Of a stretch of 64,000 bases of DNA, positions 9,252 through 18,340 are shown piece by piece. This DNA comes from a bacterium. GTDB lineage: Bacteria > Hydrothermota > Tepidihabitantia > B3-TA06. The position numbers were made by a program, and so were the translations under genes. The first letter of the stretch is position 1. Every line of letters begins with the position of its first letter. The notes beneath the pieces were generated by a model that worked only from the letters and a program-made list of their open reading frames with translations, was not told the DNA's origin and searched no databases. The stretch covers positions 19,438 through 83,437 of the forward strand of contig JAAYVC010000101.1 in NCBI GenBank assembly GCA_012517375.1, given 5' to 3'.

Positions 9252-9539
9252 TTATAACCCGGCCATTGTGCCGACAAGTGCGGCAATGACTATTATAAGT
9301 ATAAAAAGTACAACCCATACACCTAGACAGATGAGAGAGATAATGAGGCATGTGTTTCCCACTTTCTTTGCGCGCTCCGAAAGGGAACCGGATTTCAAGA
9401 TTATGGCAATGATGATGCCGAATATGGGACTAACAACTGAGTAGACATAAAGGAAAGTGAGATTAAGAAGGTACAGGATATCGATGGTCGCTTCGAAGCG
9501 AACCCTTTTTCTTTCGTCGAAGTTCATCTCTTGATTCAT
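9252..9539 (-). CDS. small membrane protein (hypothetical)
   Basis: start taken at MNQEM to avoid overlap with tRNA-Lys; two hydrophobic helices. Confidence 0.4.
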   Translation of the reverse strand: MNQEMNFDERKRVRFEATIDILYLLNLTFLYVYSVVSPIFGIIIAIILKSGSLSERAKKVGNTCLIISLICLGVWVVLFILIIVIAALVGTMAGL

Positions 9540-9559
9540 GACTCCTCCTTTTTGAAAAA

Positions 9560-9633
9560 TACCCGGCATAGGAATCGAACCTATAACCTACGGATTAAGA
9601 ATCCGCCGCTCTGCCTAATTGAGCTAGCCGGGC
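9560..9633 (-). tRNA. tRNA-Lys (CTT)
   Basis: rc GCCCGGC/TA/GCTC-AATTAGGCA-GAGC/GCGGA-TTCTTAA-TCCGT/..GGTTCGATTCC../GCCGGGT+A; anticodon CTT. Confidence 0.85.
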
Positions 9634-9960
9634 GGTTAAGGTTTAATTCTACGCGGGATGCAAAGGCTTGTCAACAACCCGTACCCTTGAGGGGCATTTT
9701 CATATTTACCTGGAACCTCCGGTTCCCTCTAAAGGAAATAACACCGCAGTACACCCCACAAAAACAACAAGTTTTTTGCGGGGACACCATTATTGGGTCC
9801 GAAGAAAACAGGGAATATTTTTTCCCACAATTTGTATTGACAAAAATACATCGATAGATACAGAAATATCGGTAAGACAGGGAGGAGAGCTACCTGCCCA
9901 AGCATCCGGGCTTAAGGACGGTGTTGTCTGTCTTGCTATAAACAACCTATAGGAGGCTCA

Positions 9961-11304
9961 ATGTCAACCCTAAAAAAACTCGTCTTTTTCTTTGCTCTGA
10001 TGCTTACAAGCGTGAACGTCTTCGCCGAACAGCTTGAGGGCTCAGGGTCGCCTTGGGGAGTCAAAGGTACAGCGACCGTAACCTCTAACTTCGGTTACCT
10101 GGGGCATACTTCTTACGGCGCCTACGGTGAGTGCGAGTCATCCGGAAACTATGGATTGCTGGGCAGTGATTCGTACGGGGTTTTCGGGAAATACGGCTCT
10201 TCAAACACTTACGGGTTCCTGGGTTCTTCGAACTACGGGGTTTACGGCAGGCATTCTTCAGGTAACTACGGATATCTCGGCACCTGGAACTATGGCGCTT
10301 ACGCCCGCAACGCAAACGGCAACACTGCTATTCTGGGCGATCCGACAAGAGGAATCTATGCGTACGGAACGGGAACAAATTCCTTTGCAGGTCATTTTTC
10401 CCACTCAAGCGGCACTTATGCGTATCTGGCAGAAAACGCTATGGCCGGCCATTTCAAGGGCGCTGGAACGGAAGAAGTCCATATAGGTTTGCCTGGAATC
10501 GGTTTAAACGCCCGTGGCAGCGAATATGCGGGCAACTTCATCGGCGATGTCAATATCTCAGGCGACCTCTACGTTTCAGGCGACAAGGACAACGTCATTA
10601 AGCTCGACGACGGCAGCTGGGTGACCATGTCAGCAACAGAGGCTCCGTATCCGGAGTACACCATATCCGGACGTGCTAAGCTTGTGAACGGCGCCGTAAG
10701 TATTGAATTCGAGGAGCCTTACCCGCAGGTGATCTCAAAGGAAATACCAATAAAGGTCATAGTAACACCAGAGGGTTCTGCCAGTCTTATTTACGTCAAG
10801 GACGTTTCGGTTAAGGGCTTCACCGCCGCATCAGGGTTCGGCGACGAAAACGCAACCTTCAATTGGATAGCTATCGCACGCGTGAAAGGCAAGGAACAGA
10901 AGCAGGACTACAAAGCGGTCACTGCAAAGATGCAGAGACTGGAGGTTTCCCAGAAACTGCTAGGACTCTCGACTTTAAGCCTTCCTTCGTCGCAGAACGG
11001 GGAGGAAACCCACCAGGTGCAGTCGTCTTCTGAAACGAATCTATCCGTTGAAGACGTTGGCTCTACAGGCACAGTAAACATTCACTACCAGCTTCTGAAA
11101 CAAGCCAGCGTTACGCTCTCCGTGTTTGACGTATCAGGCAGACAAGTGAAGACGCTTGAAAGCGGTCAAGCGGGCGCAGGCAACCACACCCTCTCATGGG
11201 ACTGTACGGACGATGCAGGGCGCAAGGTTTCAGCGGGCGTCTACTATGTGAGACTCGATGACGGCACAGCCGTTAAGAATGCAAAGGTGACCATAATAAA
11301 GTAA
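9961..11304 (+). CDS. secreted Tyr/Gly-repeat protein with T9SS C-terminal sorting domain
   Basis: signal peptide; ~9 tandem ~10-aa repeats (NYGYLG/SYGVFG/NYGVYG...); C-terminal VTLSVFDVSGRQV...GVYYVRLDDG CTD. Confidence 0.7.
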   Translation: MSTLKKLVFFFALMLTSVNVFAEQLEGSGSPWGVKGTATVTSNFGYLGHTSYGAYGECESSGNYGLLGSDSYGVFGKYGSSNTYGFLGSSNYGVYGRHSSGNYGYLGTWNYGAYARNANGNTAILGDPTRGIYAYGTGTNSFAGHFSHSSGTYAYLAENAMAGHFKGAGTEEVHIGLPGIGLNARGSEYAGNFIGDVNISGDLYVSGDKDNVIKLDDGSWVTMSATEAPYPEYTISGRAKLVNGAVSIEFEEPYPQVISKEIPIKVIVTPEGSASLIYVKDVSVKGFTAASGFGDENATFNWIAIARVKGKEQKQDYKAVTAKMQRLEVSQKLLGLSTLSLPSSQNGEETHQVQSSSETNLSVEDVGSTGTVNIHYQLLKQASVTLSVFDVSGRQVKTLESGQAGAGNHTLSWDCTDDAGRKVSAGVYYVRLDDGTAVKNAKVTIIK

Positions 11305-11322
11305 AGAAAATTGTTTTCGTCC

Positions 11323-11346
11323 GCAGGGCGGCGAAAGTCGCCCTGC
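11323..11346 (+). terminator. weak stem-loop downstream of 9961..11304 (no T-tract)
   Basis: GCAGGGCG-gcgaaagt-CGCCCTGC. Confidence 0.3.
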
Positions 11347-11456
11347 CCTCATCATGCTCTTCCAGAGTTTCCCTCTCCCGATGGGAGAGGGATTAAGGGT
11401 GAGGGGGATATCTAATTCCATTTCCCTGATGGAGGGGGTAGGGGGCGGGGGGACTC

Positions 11457-11485
11457 TTGACAGCTCCCATAATCCACATTAAAAT
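11457..11485 (+). promoter_or_regulatory. near-consensus sigma70 promoter TTGACA-17-TAAAAT
   Basis: read directly; followed by inverse GTGTTACGGGTGT motif at 11497-11510 and RBS AGGAGTG before ATG 11610. Confidence 0.55.
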
Positions 11486-11609
11486 CGCACATGGCAACAC
11501 CCGTAACACCTTCCAGAGGGTGTAAAGCTAAAAAAATTCCAAACTCCCTGACCCGAAAGTGTGCGCGTCTCTTTCGGGTTTTCTTCAAGCACCAAACGTA
11601 GGAGTGTTA

Positions 11610-12449
11610 ATGAAGGTCGATGTAATTTCAGAGCCTGATCCATTTTTAGCTAGAGTAATTATCAAGGGGAAGTGGGAAGGCAACCGCAAAGAAGCTGAGA
11701 ATCTCCTTAGGCAAGTCTCCGCAAATTGGCCTGCCGGAACGGATCGCGTGAAATTCATAATCACTTGCGGAGGCTTCATAAACTTCGATTGGCCAGAAGA
11801 CATAACTCAACGAGACATCCCAGACGCTACAGAACCGCCGCCTGAAGTAGTCGAACAGCTCATAGCGGAAGCCGATAAAGCCGCAAAGGCTTTCCTCGAA
11901 GGTTCCCTTAACAAGGAGTTGACGAAAGTGTCCGATTATATTACCTTGGGATTCGACTCTCAAGATGAGAGAAGCAATCGGCATATAGAGCTTGTTCTCT
12001 TGGCTGGTCTTTCAACCACGCTTCGGCATTGGACGGGAAAATCCTATCCTACTTGCGGCCAACAAAGAGGCTTGGTAAGAATAACGGATTTGCGCACTCA
12101 CTTCATCCACTCTAACGACATTGGGCGAATAATGCTGCTGGGATGCTTTGATTTCCGTATGTTTGTCGATGGGAGGGCGTCACCTGGCGGTTGGAAAAAG
12201 GATTGCAAGAAGAGTATAAGGGAGATGGCGAAAAGCTTTTCTCCCGAATTGGTTCTACATCACCCACATTCGACAGATTCCGCTCGAATTTGGTCTGCTG
12301 GAAGTCTATTCAAACTTGTTCCATCAGTTCAAAGGTACGCCAGTGCAGGAAGGTATTATTACGATGGAAAAAAACCCCGGTCGCCATTAGACGAAGTGAG
12401 GCAAGCAACAAAGCGTGGTTTGAATACAATCGACTTCAAATTTTCTTAA
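11610..12449 (+). CDS. hypothetical protein (monocistronic, own promoter and terminator)
   Basis: 280 aa from ATG with RBS; no recognizable family motif. Confidence 0.55.
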   Translation: MKVDVISEPDPFLARVIIKGKWEGNRKEAENLLRQVSANWPAGTDRVKFIITCGGFINFDWPEDITQRDIPDATEPPPEVVEQLIAEADKAAKAFLEGSLNKELTKVSDYITLGFDSQDERSNRHIELVLLAGLSTTLRHWTGKSYPTCGQQRGLVRITDLRTHFIHSNDIGRIMLLGCFDFRMFVDGRASPGGWKKDCKKSIREMAKSFSPELVLHHPHSTDSARIWSAGSLFKLVPSVQRYASAGRYYYDGKKPRSPLDEVRQATKRGLNTIDFKFS

Positions 12450-12455
12450 CGTAGT

Positions 12456-12486
12456 GGCCGACCTTCAGGTCGGCCCGTTTTATTTC
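12456..12486 (+). terminator. rho-independent terminator GGCCGACC-ttca-GGTCGGCC + CGTTTTATTT
   Basis: 8-bp GC stem + T-tract immediately after stop of 11610..12449. Confidence 0.7.
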
Positions 12487-12682
12487 TAATGGTTGCTGAG
12501 ATTGTTATGGGCTATGTGTTTCTTGGTTCGCTCGTGACGCTCATCGCAAGGAAGATGGGGCGATAAATAAATCTCACGCGTCTACTTCGTACCCGCGCGG
12601 GAACCCTGAATTCTACTCCACAAGGAGCATTCCCTTCGGTAATAGATTGCCACGGTTGCACGATGCAACCTCGCAATGACAC

Positions 12683-13054
12683 TTATTTCTCTGGCTCCTT
12701 GTAAATTCGCCACTCGGCGACGAGGCCATCCGCGATTCGCGCTGTCCAGACGAAGGTCGTACTTGATTCTTCCTCAGGTGTGAGGTGCGAGCCCATTACA
12801 GAGCCGATAAGGGCAGCATCAGAGCCGGAGATGAAAACCTTGTGCACGTGAATCTTGTAATCGGGATAGAGCCTGAAATACTCCTTCCAACCTTCGAGCA
12901 TCCTCTCCCTGCCCTGAGTTCTCCCGCCTGCGTAATCGATAAAGACGTGATCGACACTCATCATATCGTCAAGTGCGGAAACGTCCTTCCGGTTTATAGC
13001 ATCCACGAATTCAAGAATCGTTTGTCTCGGATCGTGTTCTTTCTTTTTATTCAT
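12683..13054 (-). CDS. NTF2-like/SnoaL-like (ketosteroid-isomerase fold) family protein
   Basis: 123 aa; pattern ILEFVDAINRKDVSALDDMMSVDHVFIDYAGG...W typical of NTF2-like superfamily. Confidence 0.5.
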   Translation of the reverse strand: MNKKKEHDPRQTILEFVDAINRKDVSALDDMMSVDHVFIDYAGGRTQGRERMLEGWKEYFRLYPDYKIHVHKVFISGSDAALIGSVMGSHLTPEEESSTTFVWTARIADGLVAEWRIYKEPEK

Positions 13055-13307
13055 GCACTGGCTTCACAATCACGAAATTAGACCCGGCGTTTACAATTAA
13101 ACATGACTTCAAAGAGTCAAACTTGACTCCATTTCTATTCTCGAAATGAGGCATTGTTTCTTCAATCTTGACTTCTCCCACTCAAATTTTGTCCTATTTT
13201 TGACCATCTTTTGACCAACTTCTGTCCATAAAAAGAGGCCTTGTTTCTTGAATCCAGGCTCATGGGGTCACCTAAAGAATGATTCCAGCATTCTTTTTGG
13301 GGGCATA

Positions 13308-14153
13308 TCACTTTTGACAGATCGGACACACGTAACATGTTGAACCAAGGATATTTGACTTCTCGATAGTCGTTCCGCACTCAGGGCACGGCTTGCCAAT
13401 CATTCGTTTGTCTAATATTATCTTATACTTACCGGGCTTATCGTATAAATCGACCTCGGAATCGCGTCCGCCGAGTTTTAACGCGTCTTTAAGTGTCTGT
13501 TTGATGATGGAATGCAGGTTCTTGCGTTCATCCTCGGCAATGTCGCGCGCCTTGCGTTTGGGGTGGATTTTTGCTTTGAAGAGTATGTCCTGCAGGTAGC
13601 CGTTGCCGATGCCGGAGAGCGCCTCGCCTTGTCGTATGAGTATGAATTTTATAGGCTTAGAAGCGTACTTGTCAAGATAGTTCGAGAAGACCTGAAAGGT
13701 AAAGGCCTTGTCGTCCACGAGAGAAACCTCCTCCTTGCCAAGCCATCGGTGAGCGATAAGTTTTTCGGTAGTAAGAACTTGGCACCACCCCCACGCAATT
13801 ATGCGGTAGGAGAGAGCGGTCGAATCCGTAAAATCGATACGGACGTTCCACTTGTCCGGAATCGTAGCTATGTTTTTGTGAAAAAGCAGCTTGCCTGAAG
13901 TCTCAAGGCCAAATATGAGATTGAGATCATTGCCGAGATCAACGTATATTCCTTTGCCTTGCGAATGGATAGATTTGAAAGTTCTGCCCTCCAGCGTTGA
14001 CGTAAACTCTTTAGGTTGTAAGTTTATCATCTTCATCCGGAGCTGGCTTGCGGATTCCTTCTCGTCTATTATCGCATGTTTGATCTTCTTGCCCTTCAAC
14101 TCCTTATCCATTTGGTTTGCGATATTCAGAGCTTCTGGTAACTCGAAAGCCAT
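13308..14153 (-). CDS. Fpg/Nei-family DNA glycosylase homolog (H2TH + C4 zinc finger) lacking N-terminal proline
   Basis: start ATG at 14153 with AAAGGAGG RBS (track ORF starts upstream); N-terminus MAFELPEA vs Fpg MPELPEVE; H2TH GIGNGYLQDILFKAKIHPKR; zinc finger CPECGTT...CYVCPICQK. Confidence 0.75.
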   Translation of the reverse strand: MAFELPEALNIANQMDKELKGKKIKHAIIDEKESASQLRMKMINLQPKEFTSTLEGRTFKSIHSQGKGIYVDLGNDLNLIFGLETSGKLLFHKNIATIPDKWNVRIDFTDSTALSYRIIAWGWCQVLTTEKLIAHRWLGKEEVSLVDDKAFTFQVFSNYLDKYASKPIKFILIRQGEALSGIGNGYLQDILFKAKIHPKRKARDIAEDERKNLHSIIKQTLKDALKLGGRDSEVDLYDKPGKYKIILDKRMIGKPCPECGTTIEKSNILGSTCYVCPICQK

Positions 14154-14220
14154 TATAAAATCCTCCTTTAAGTCTTTACAGAAAGATTGCAGACAAAAAA
14201 CCCAATATTTTTTCCTTTGA

Positions 14221-14589
14221 TTATAAATTTCCTCGAAGAATGGTCGCAATATCCTGAGCAGTTTTGAATCTGTAGTTGCTTATTTCGACGCATTCACCCA
14301 GTTTTTCTCTTACAAGCTTGAAATATTTATGAATGCCTAACTCTTTGATGATTTCCGAGCATCCGATGCAGAATCCCTTCCATGCATCATCTCCGAAGAA
14401 GCCGTTAGAGCATGGAAAGTCCTCGCACTGCCAGCAGCCCTCGATTCCTTTAGCCACGCAGCATGAGCGTTGGTAGCAGTCTTTTGCGCCGCCTCGGTTA
14501 CGGCATCCGGAACACCCTTCCCTGTCAACAGTCGCGTGCACGCAAGTTCCGCAGCATATCCCGCAGTATCCGACTGTAATGGTGTTCAT
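14221..14589 (-). CDS. cysteine-rich protein (DUF3795-like)
   Basis: ~20 Cys in 122 aa incl. CGICCGTC, CSGC, CWQCEDFPC; family assignment from memory of the DUF3795 pattern. Confidence 0.4.
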   Translation of the reverse strand: MNTITVGYCGICCGTCVHATVDREGCSGCRNRGGAKDCYQRSCCVAKGIEGCWQCEDFPCSNGFFGDDAWKGFCIGCSEIIKELGIHKYFKLVREKLGECVEISNYRFKTAQDIATILRGNL

Positions 14590-15377
14590 TTTCCAAACTC
14601 GTCAAGGCGCGCCGCTAGATCTTTCTCAAGCAGGTAGTGGTAGCTCAGAAGGTTTCCGTTGTATACAATCGAAAAAACCCCGTAGGCAGAAGGTGAAAGC
14701 GTTTGCACGTCTTTTGATGTTGCAAGTTCGACGGCACGCGCTTCTATATTTCTCTCCTTTGCGGTCTTAAGAGCTATGCCGGTCGCATCCTCCGTATACG
14801 GGCACTGTCTAGTTCTGAGAATCGTCAAACCCTTCGGATAACGCTTGAGCCTTGCCTCCCAGTCTGCAGGAAATGAGGGTGCGGGGGAGGGTGGGGAGGG
14901 TGTAAATCTTTTAACCAAAAGATCGAAAACTGCAGGCGCCTTATCAACAATCTCGAATCCGTGATTTATGAAAATCTTTTTGCCCGGCAGCCAGTTTGCG
15001 TCGCTTGCAATAACAGTAACGCCTTTCTTGCCTGCTTCCTCGGCATCTTTGATGCAGGCTTTCAGGAGCCTGGCTCCGTATCCCTTTTTCTTATGCTTTC
15101 CCACAACCCAGATGCAGTGGATGAGCATGTATCCGGGAGCATCCACCACCCTCCAGCCGTGTTCAGCAGGTGTATACTCGATGAAGCCGCGTGATACAAG
15201 GTCTTTCTTGCCCTCATCCACCATCAGGAGCTTAATTTTCAGACCTTCTTTGGATCTTTCCCTGAACCAGCCGACCTTCTCCTTGTATCCTTTTTCTTTC
15301 GCCTTTGATTTCTGGCAGAAAAGATCGTATTGCCCGAGATTGTCAGCAGTCACATCCACTATTTCATAGTCAGGCAT
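14586..15377 (-). CDS. GNAT family N-acetyltransferase with C-terminal YoaP-like domain
   Basis: acetyl-CoA binding-like KKGYGARLLKACIKDAEEAGKKG; C-terminal ~100 aa YoaP-like region. Confidence 0.6.
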   Translation of the reverse strand: MPDYEIVDVTADNLGQYDLFCQKSKAKEKGYKEKVGWFRERSKEGLKIKLLMVDEGKKDLVSRGFIEYTPAEHGWRVVDAPGYMLIHCIWVVGKHKKKGYGARLLKACIKDAEEAGKKGVTVIASDANWLPGKKIFINHGFEIVDKAPAVFDLLVKRFTPSPPSPAPSFPADWEARLKRYPKGLTILRTRQCPYTEDATGIALKTAKERNIEARAVELATSKDVQTLSPSAYGVFSIVYNGNLLSYHYLLEKDLAARLDEFGK

Positions 15378-16002
15378 CCTGCTTATCCCATTTCTTCAGA
15401 AATTCCTTTGCTTTTTTCCGTGTTTTCGGGCTATCGCCAGCGAGCGCTTGCCGGACAAAACGAAGTATTCCTTCTTTATCCTTTGCACCTTCGAAATAAG
15501 AATCAAATGAATCTATGGCTCCTGCCTTCAAAAGATACTTGTGTTTTTGAGAAGTCTTATCTATATCAAGTAGTTTCTCTGTTATTCTGGGCTCCAGCTC
15601 CGGTCTTGCATGGATTATCCTTGCGGAGAGCGCTGCCACGTGCCCGGCGACTACGATGCTGTCCTCAAGAAGCGCATAGAATCTGGGAAATATCTCATCA
15701 AAACGTTTGTCCTTGTCGGCAGATAGAAGATTGACGATGAGATAAACCGCAATGTATTTATGATAGGTATTCTCACTATCAAGCAATTCAGAAAACAGAT
15801 TCCATTTATGGTAGAGCCTTTCGGCATCCATTTCGGATAACATCATAAGAGTATTGAAGCTGTTTGAACGGATAACATCCTTTTTTGATAAGATTCCTTC
15901 GAGAAGTTCGTCGACAAATCTGTTGTCATACAACGCTTTCTGAGCGAGCTTTTTTATATCCGCTTTTTTGTTTTCAAGATCAGGAGTAAGACTCATTTTC
16001 AC
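15370..16002 (-). CDS. hypothetical helical-repeat (HEAT-like) protein; possibly DNA alkylation repair (AlkD-like) family
   Basis: all-alpha repeat pattern; weak resemblance only. Confidence 0.3.
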   Translation of the reverse strand: MKMSLTPDLENKKADIKKLAQKALYDNRFVDELLEGILSKKDVIRSNSFNTLMMLSEMDAERLYHKWNLFSELLDSENTYHKYIAVYLIVNLLSADKDKRFDEIFPRFYALLEDSIVVAGHVAALSARIIHARPELEPRITEKLLDIDKTSQKHKYLLKAGAIDSFDSYFEGAKDKEGILRFVRQALAGDSPKTRKKAKEFLKKWDKQDA

Positions 16003-16116
16003 TCTCCTTGAGACTGAGGATAGCTACTCTACTTGAATTGTCAAGCGCCTCATACCGATCCTTGACAAGAGGACTGATGCAAGGTATGATAGCATAAAAC
16101 GGCTAAGGAGGAATCT

Positions 16117-16593
16117 ATGCAGGATTCAGATATAAGAATTGTCCGGCTGGGACCCATGCGGGTCGCTTATGCAAAAGGATTCGGAACGAGTCCGGAGGCG
16201 GAAGCGTGGAATAAACTTCTTTCGTGGGCTAAAGAAAAAGGAATGCTTGACGATACGGAAGACTTTCGTCTGTTCGGATTCAACAATCCGGAACCGACAC
16301 CGGACAAACCGGAATATGGTTACGAGCAGTGGATTACCGTCGAAGTCGATGTGGAGCCCGGTGGAGACGTGCAAATCAAGGATTTCCCGGGAGGGCAGTA
16401 TGCTGTTCTTCGTACAAAACTGAGTTCAATCACTGACTCATGGAAAAGTATGGCGGAATGGATAAAGAACAGCGAGTATGACTTCGGTCCATATCAATAC
16501 CTCGAGGAATGCCTTGGTGTTACGGGCTTTGAAGGGGGAGGACCCGATCTCGAAACCGAGTTCGACATCTACATGCCGATCAAGGAAAAATAA
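16117..16593 (+). CDS. GyrI-like small-molecule-binding (AraC effector-binding) domain protein
   Basis: 158 aa; GyrI-like fold signature at the N-terminus (VRLGPMRVAYAKGFG...) and matching overall length. Confidence 0.5.
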   Translation: MQDSDIRIVRLGPMRVAYAKGFGTSPEAEAWNKLLSWAKEKGMLDDTEDFRLFGFNNPEPTPDKPEYGYEQWITVEVDVEPGGDVQIKDFPGGQYAVLRTKLSSITDSWKSMAEWIKNSEYDFGPYQYLEECLGVTGFEGGGPDLETEFDIYMPIKEK

Positions 16594-16596
16594 GGG

Positions 16597-17373
16597 ATGT
16601 CAAGGTTAACGCTTCTTTCGTGGAACGTCAACGGAATCCGGGCAGCCGAGCGTAAGGGGTTTCTTGACTGGTTCAAGAAGACTCAACCCGACATTCTTGG
16701 CATTCAGGAGACCAAGGCGCAGGCCGGGCAGATAAAAGACGAACTTCTCTCACCCCATGGTTATATCACATACTGGTCGAGCGCCGAACGCAAGGGCTAT
16801 GCGGGCACAGCGGTTTTCACGAAGCGAATCCCTGATAGAGTCGAATATGACCTCGGTATCGAACGCTTCGCGGGCGAGGGACGCTTGATAATACTGCATT
16901 ATCCCGAGTTCGTTCTGTTCAACGTCTACATTCCTAACGGCGGCGCCGAAAACCATCGTGTACCCTTCAAGCTTGAATACTCTGACCGAATGCTTGAGGT
17001 TGCGGAGGGGTTTCGCAAAGAGGGGAGAGGGGTAGTGATATGCGGCGACCTGAACACCTGCCACAAGGAGATTGATATCGCGAGGCCGAAGGATAACGTC
17101 AATCATACCGGCTTCATGCCCATCGAACGGGAGTGGATGGACAAGTTCGTCTCCTTTGGCTACGTCGACACGTTCAGGCATTTCTATCCTGACAGACGCG
17201 ACGCATACACATGGTGGGACCCGCGCTTCCATGCCCGAGACCGCAACGTGGGCTGGAGGCTCGACTACTTCTTTATTTCCAATGAACTTATATCGAATCT
17301 CAAATCCGCGTCCATCCTTTCGGACGTGCAAGGCTCCGATCACTGCCCGGTAGGAATTGAGCTCGATGTTTGA
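16597..17373 (+). CDS. xth: exodeoxyribonuclease III (AP endonuclease)
   Basis: LLSWNVNGIRA, GDLNTCHKEIDIARP, SDHCPV C-terminal motif. Confidence 0.9.
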   Translation: MSRLTLLSWNVNGIRAAERKGFLDWFKKTQPDILGIQETKAQAGQIKDELLSPHGYITYWSSAERKGYAGTAVFTKRIPDRVEYDLGIERFAGEGRLIILHYPEFVLFNVYIPNGGAENHRVPFKLEYSDRMLEVAEGFRKEGRGVVICGDLNTCHKEIDIARPKDNVNHTGFMPIEREWMDKFVSFGYVDTFRHFYPDRRDAYTWWDPRFHARDRNVGWRLDYFFISNELISNLKSASILSDVQGSDHCPVGIELDV

Positions 17374-17403
17374 TTTACTTAAGGGATTTCGTCTAATCGC
17401 AGG

Positions 17404-18171
17404 ATGAACAACCAGATACTCGTTGCCCTTCTTTTATCCGCGCTCTCAGGTCTCGCCACGACAATCGGCAGCATTATCGGTATTTTTGTTCGAAAACCCG
17501 GTCCCCGTTTTCTCACGTTTACCCTTGGTTTCTCGGCAGGCGTGATGATACTTGTCTCATTCGTCGAGCTTCTTCCGAAAGGAATAAACAATCTCGGAAT
17601 GTTCTGGGGTTTAGCCGCGTTCTTTTCCGGAATGGGTCTTATGTTTGTTTTGGACGTTCTCGTACCCCACTCCTACATGGCTGAACAACCGAATAAAGGA
17701 GAGAGAGAAAAATCGAGGCTAATGCGTACTGGGCTTCTTGTAGCGTTCGGTATAGGCATCCACAATCTGCCCGAAGGGCTGGCGGCGTTCGCCGGCGCAT
17801 TGCAAAATCTCAGGCTTGGCGTATCGATAGCGGTCGCAGTGGCAATCCACAACATTCCTGAAGGCCTTGCCGTCTCAGCGCCCGTCTATGCCGCCACCGG
17901 CTCAAGATCTAAAGCCTTCTGGTGGTCATTCCTTTCAGGCGTTGCCGAACCCGCTGGGGCTGCTCTTGCCGCTCTCATTCTCCTGCCATTTCTCAATGAG
18001 AAGGTGCTGGGCGCTGTTTTGTCTGCCGTAGCAGGGATTATGGTTTTCATCTCGGTTGACGAATTAATACCTGCTTCAAAGAAGTATGGGTACGATCATC
18101 TCGCAATAACAGGAATCATCGTCGGAATGCTGATAATGGCATTCTCATTGCTTTTACTGCAGAAAGTTTAA
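17404..18171 (+). CDS. zupT: ZIP-family zinc transporter ZupT
   Basis: two GIHNLPEGLA / AIHNIPEGLA metal-binding motifs; 8 TM. Confidence 0.85.
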   Translation: MNNQILVALLLSALSGLATTIGSIIGIFVRKPGPRFLTFTLGFSAGVMILVSFVELLPKGINNLGMFWGLAAFFSGMGLMFVLDVLVPHSYMAEQPNKGEREKSRLMRTGLLVAFGIGIHNLPEGLAAFAGALQNLRLGVSIAVAVAIHNIPEGLAVSAPVYAATGSRSKAFWWSFLSGVAEPAGAALAALILLPFLNEKVLGAVLSAVAGIMVFISVDELIPASKKYGYDHLAITGIIVGMLIMAFSLLLLQKV

Positions 18172-18340
18172 CATATTCATATCTGACAAATATGCTCATT
18201 CCCTCTAAGAAGGACTTGACAAGCTATAAACAATATATATACTGTCTCATAAATTACATTTTTTGAAGCAGACTGAGAAGTGGGCCGAGCGTAAAAAATA
18301 AACAAGCTTAAGATTTTAAAGACATAATAGGTGGTGTACT

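Noticed and set aside
13162-13380. 72-aa minus-strand ORF
   Set aside because: Lies in the TTGAC-rich intergenic region and overlaps the fpg-like 3' end; no support
16750-17343. 197-aa minus-strand ORF
   Set aside because: Antisense to xth, which has unambiguous exonuclease III motifs
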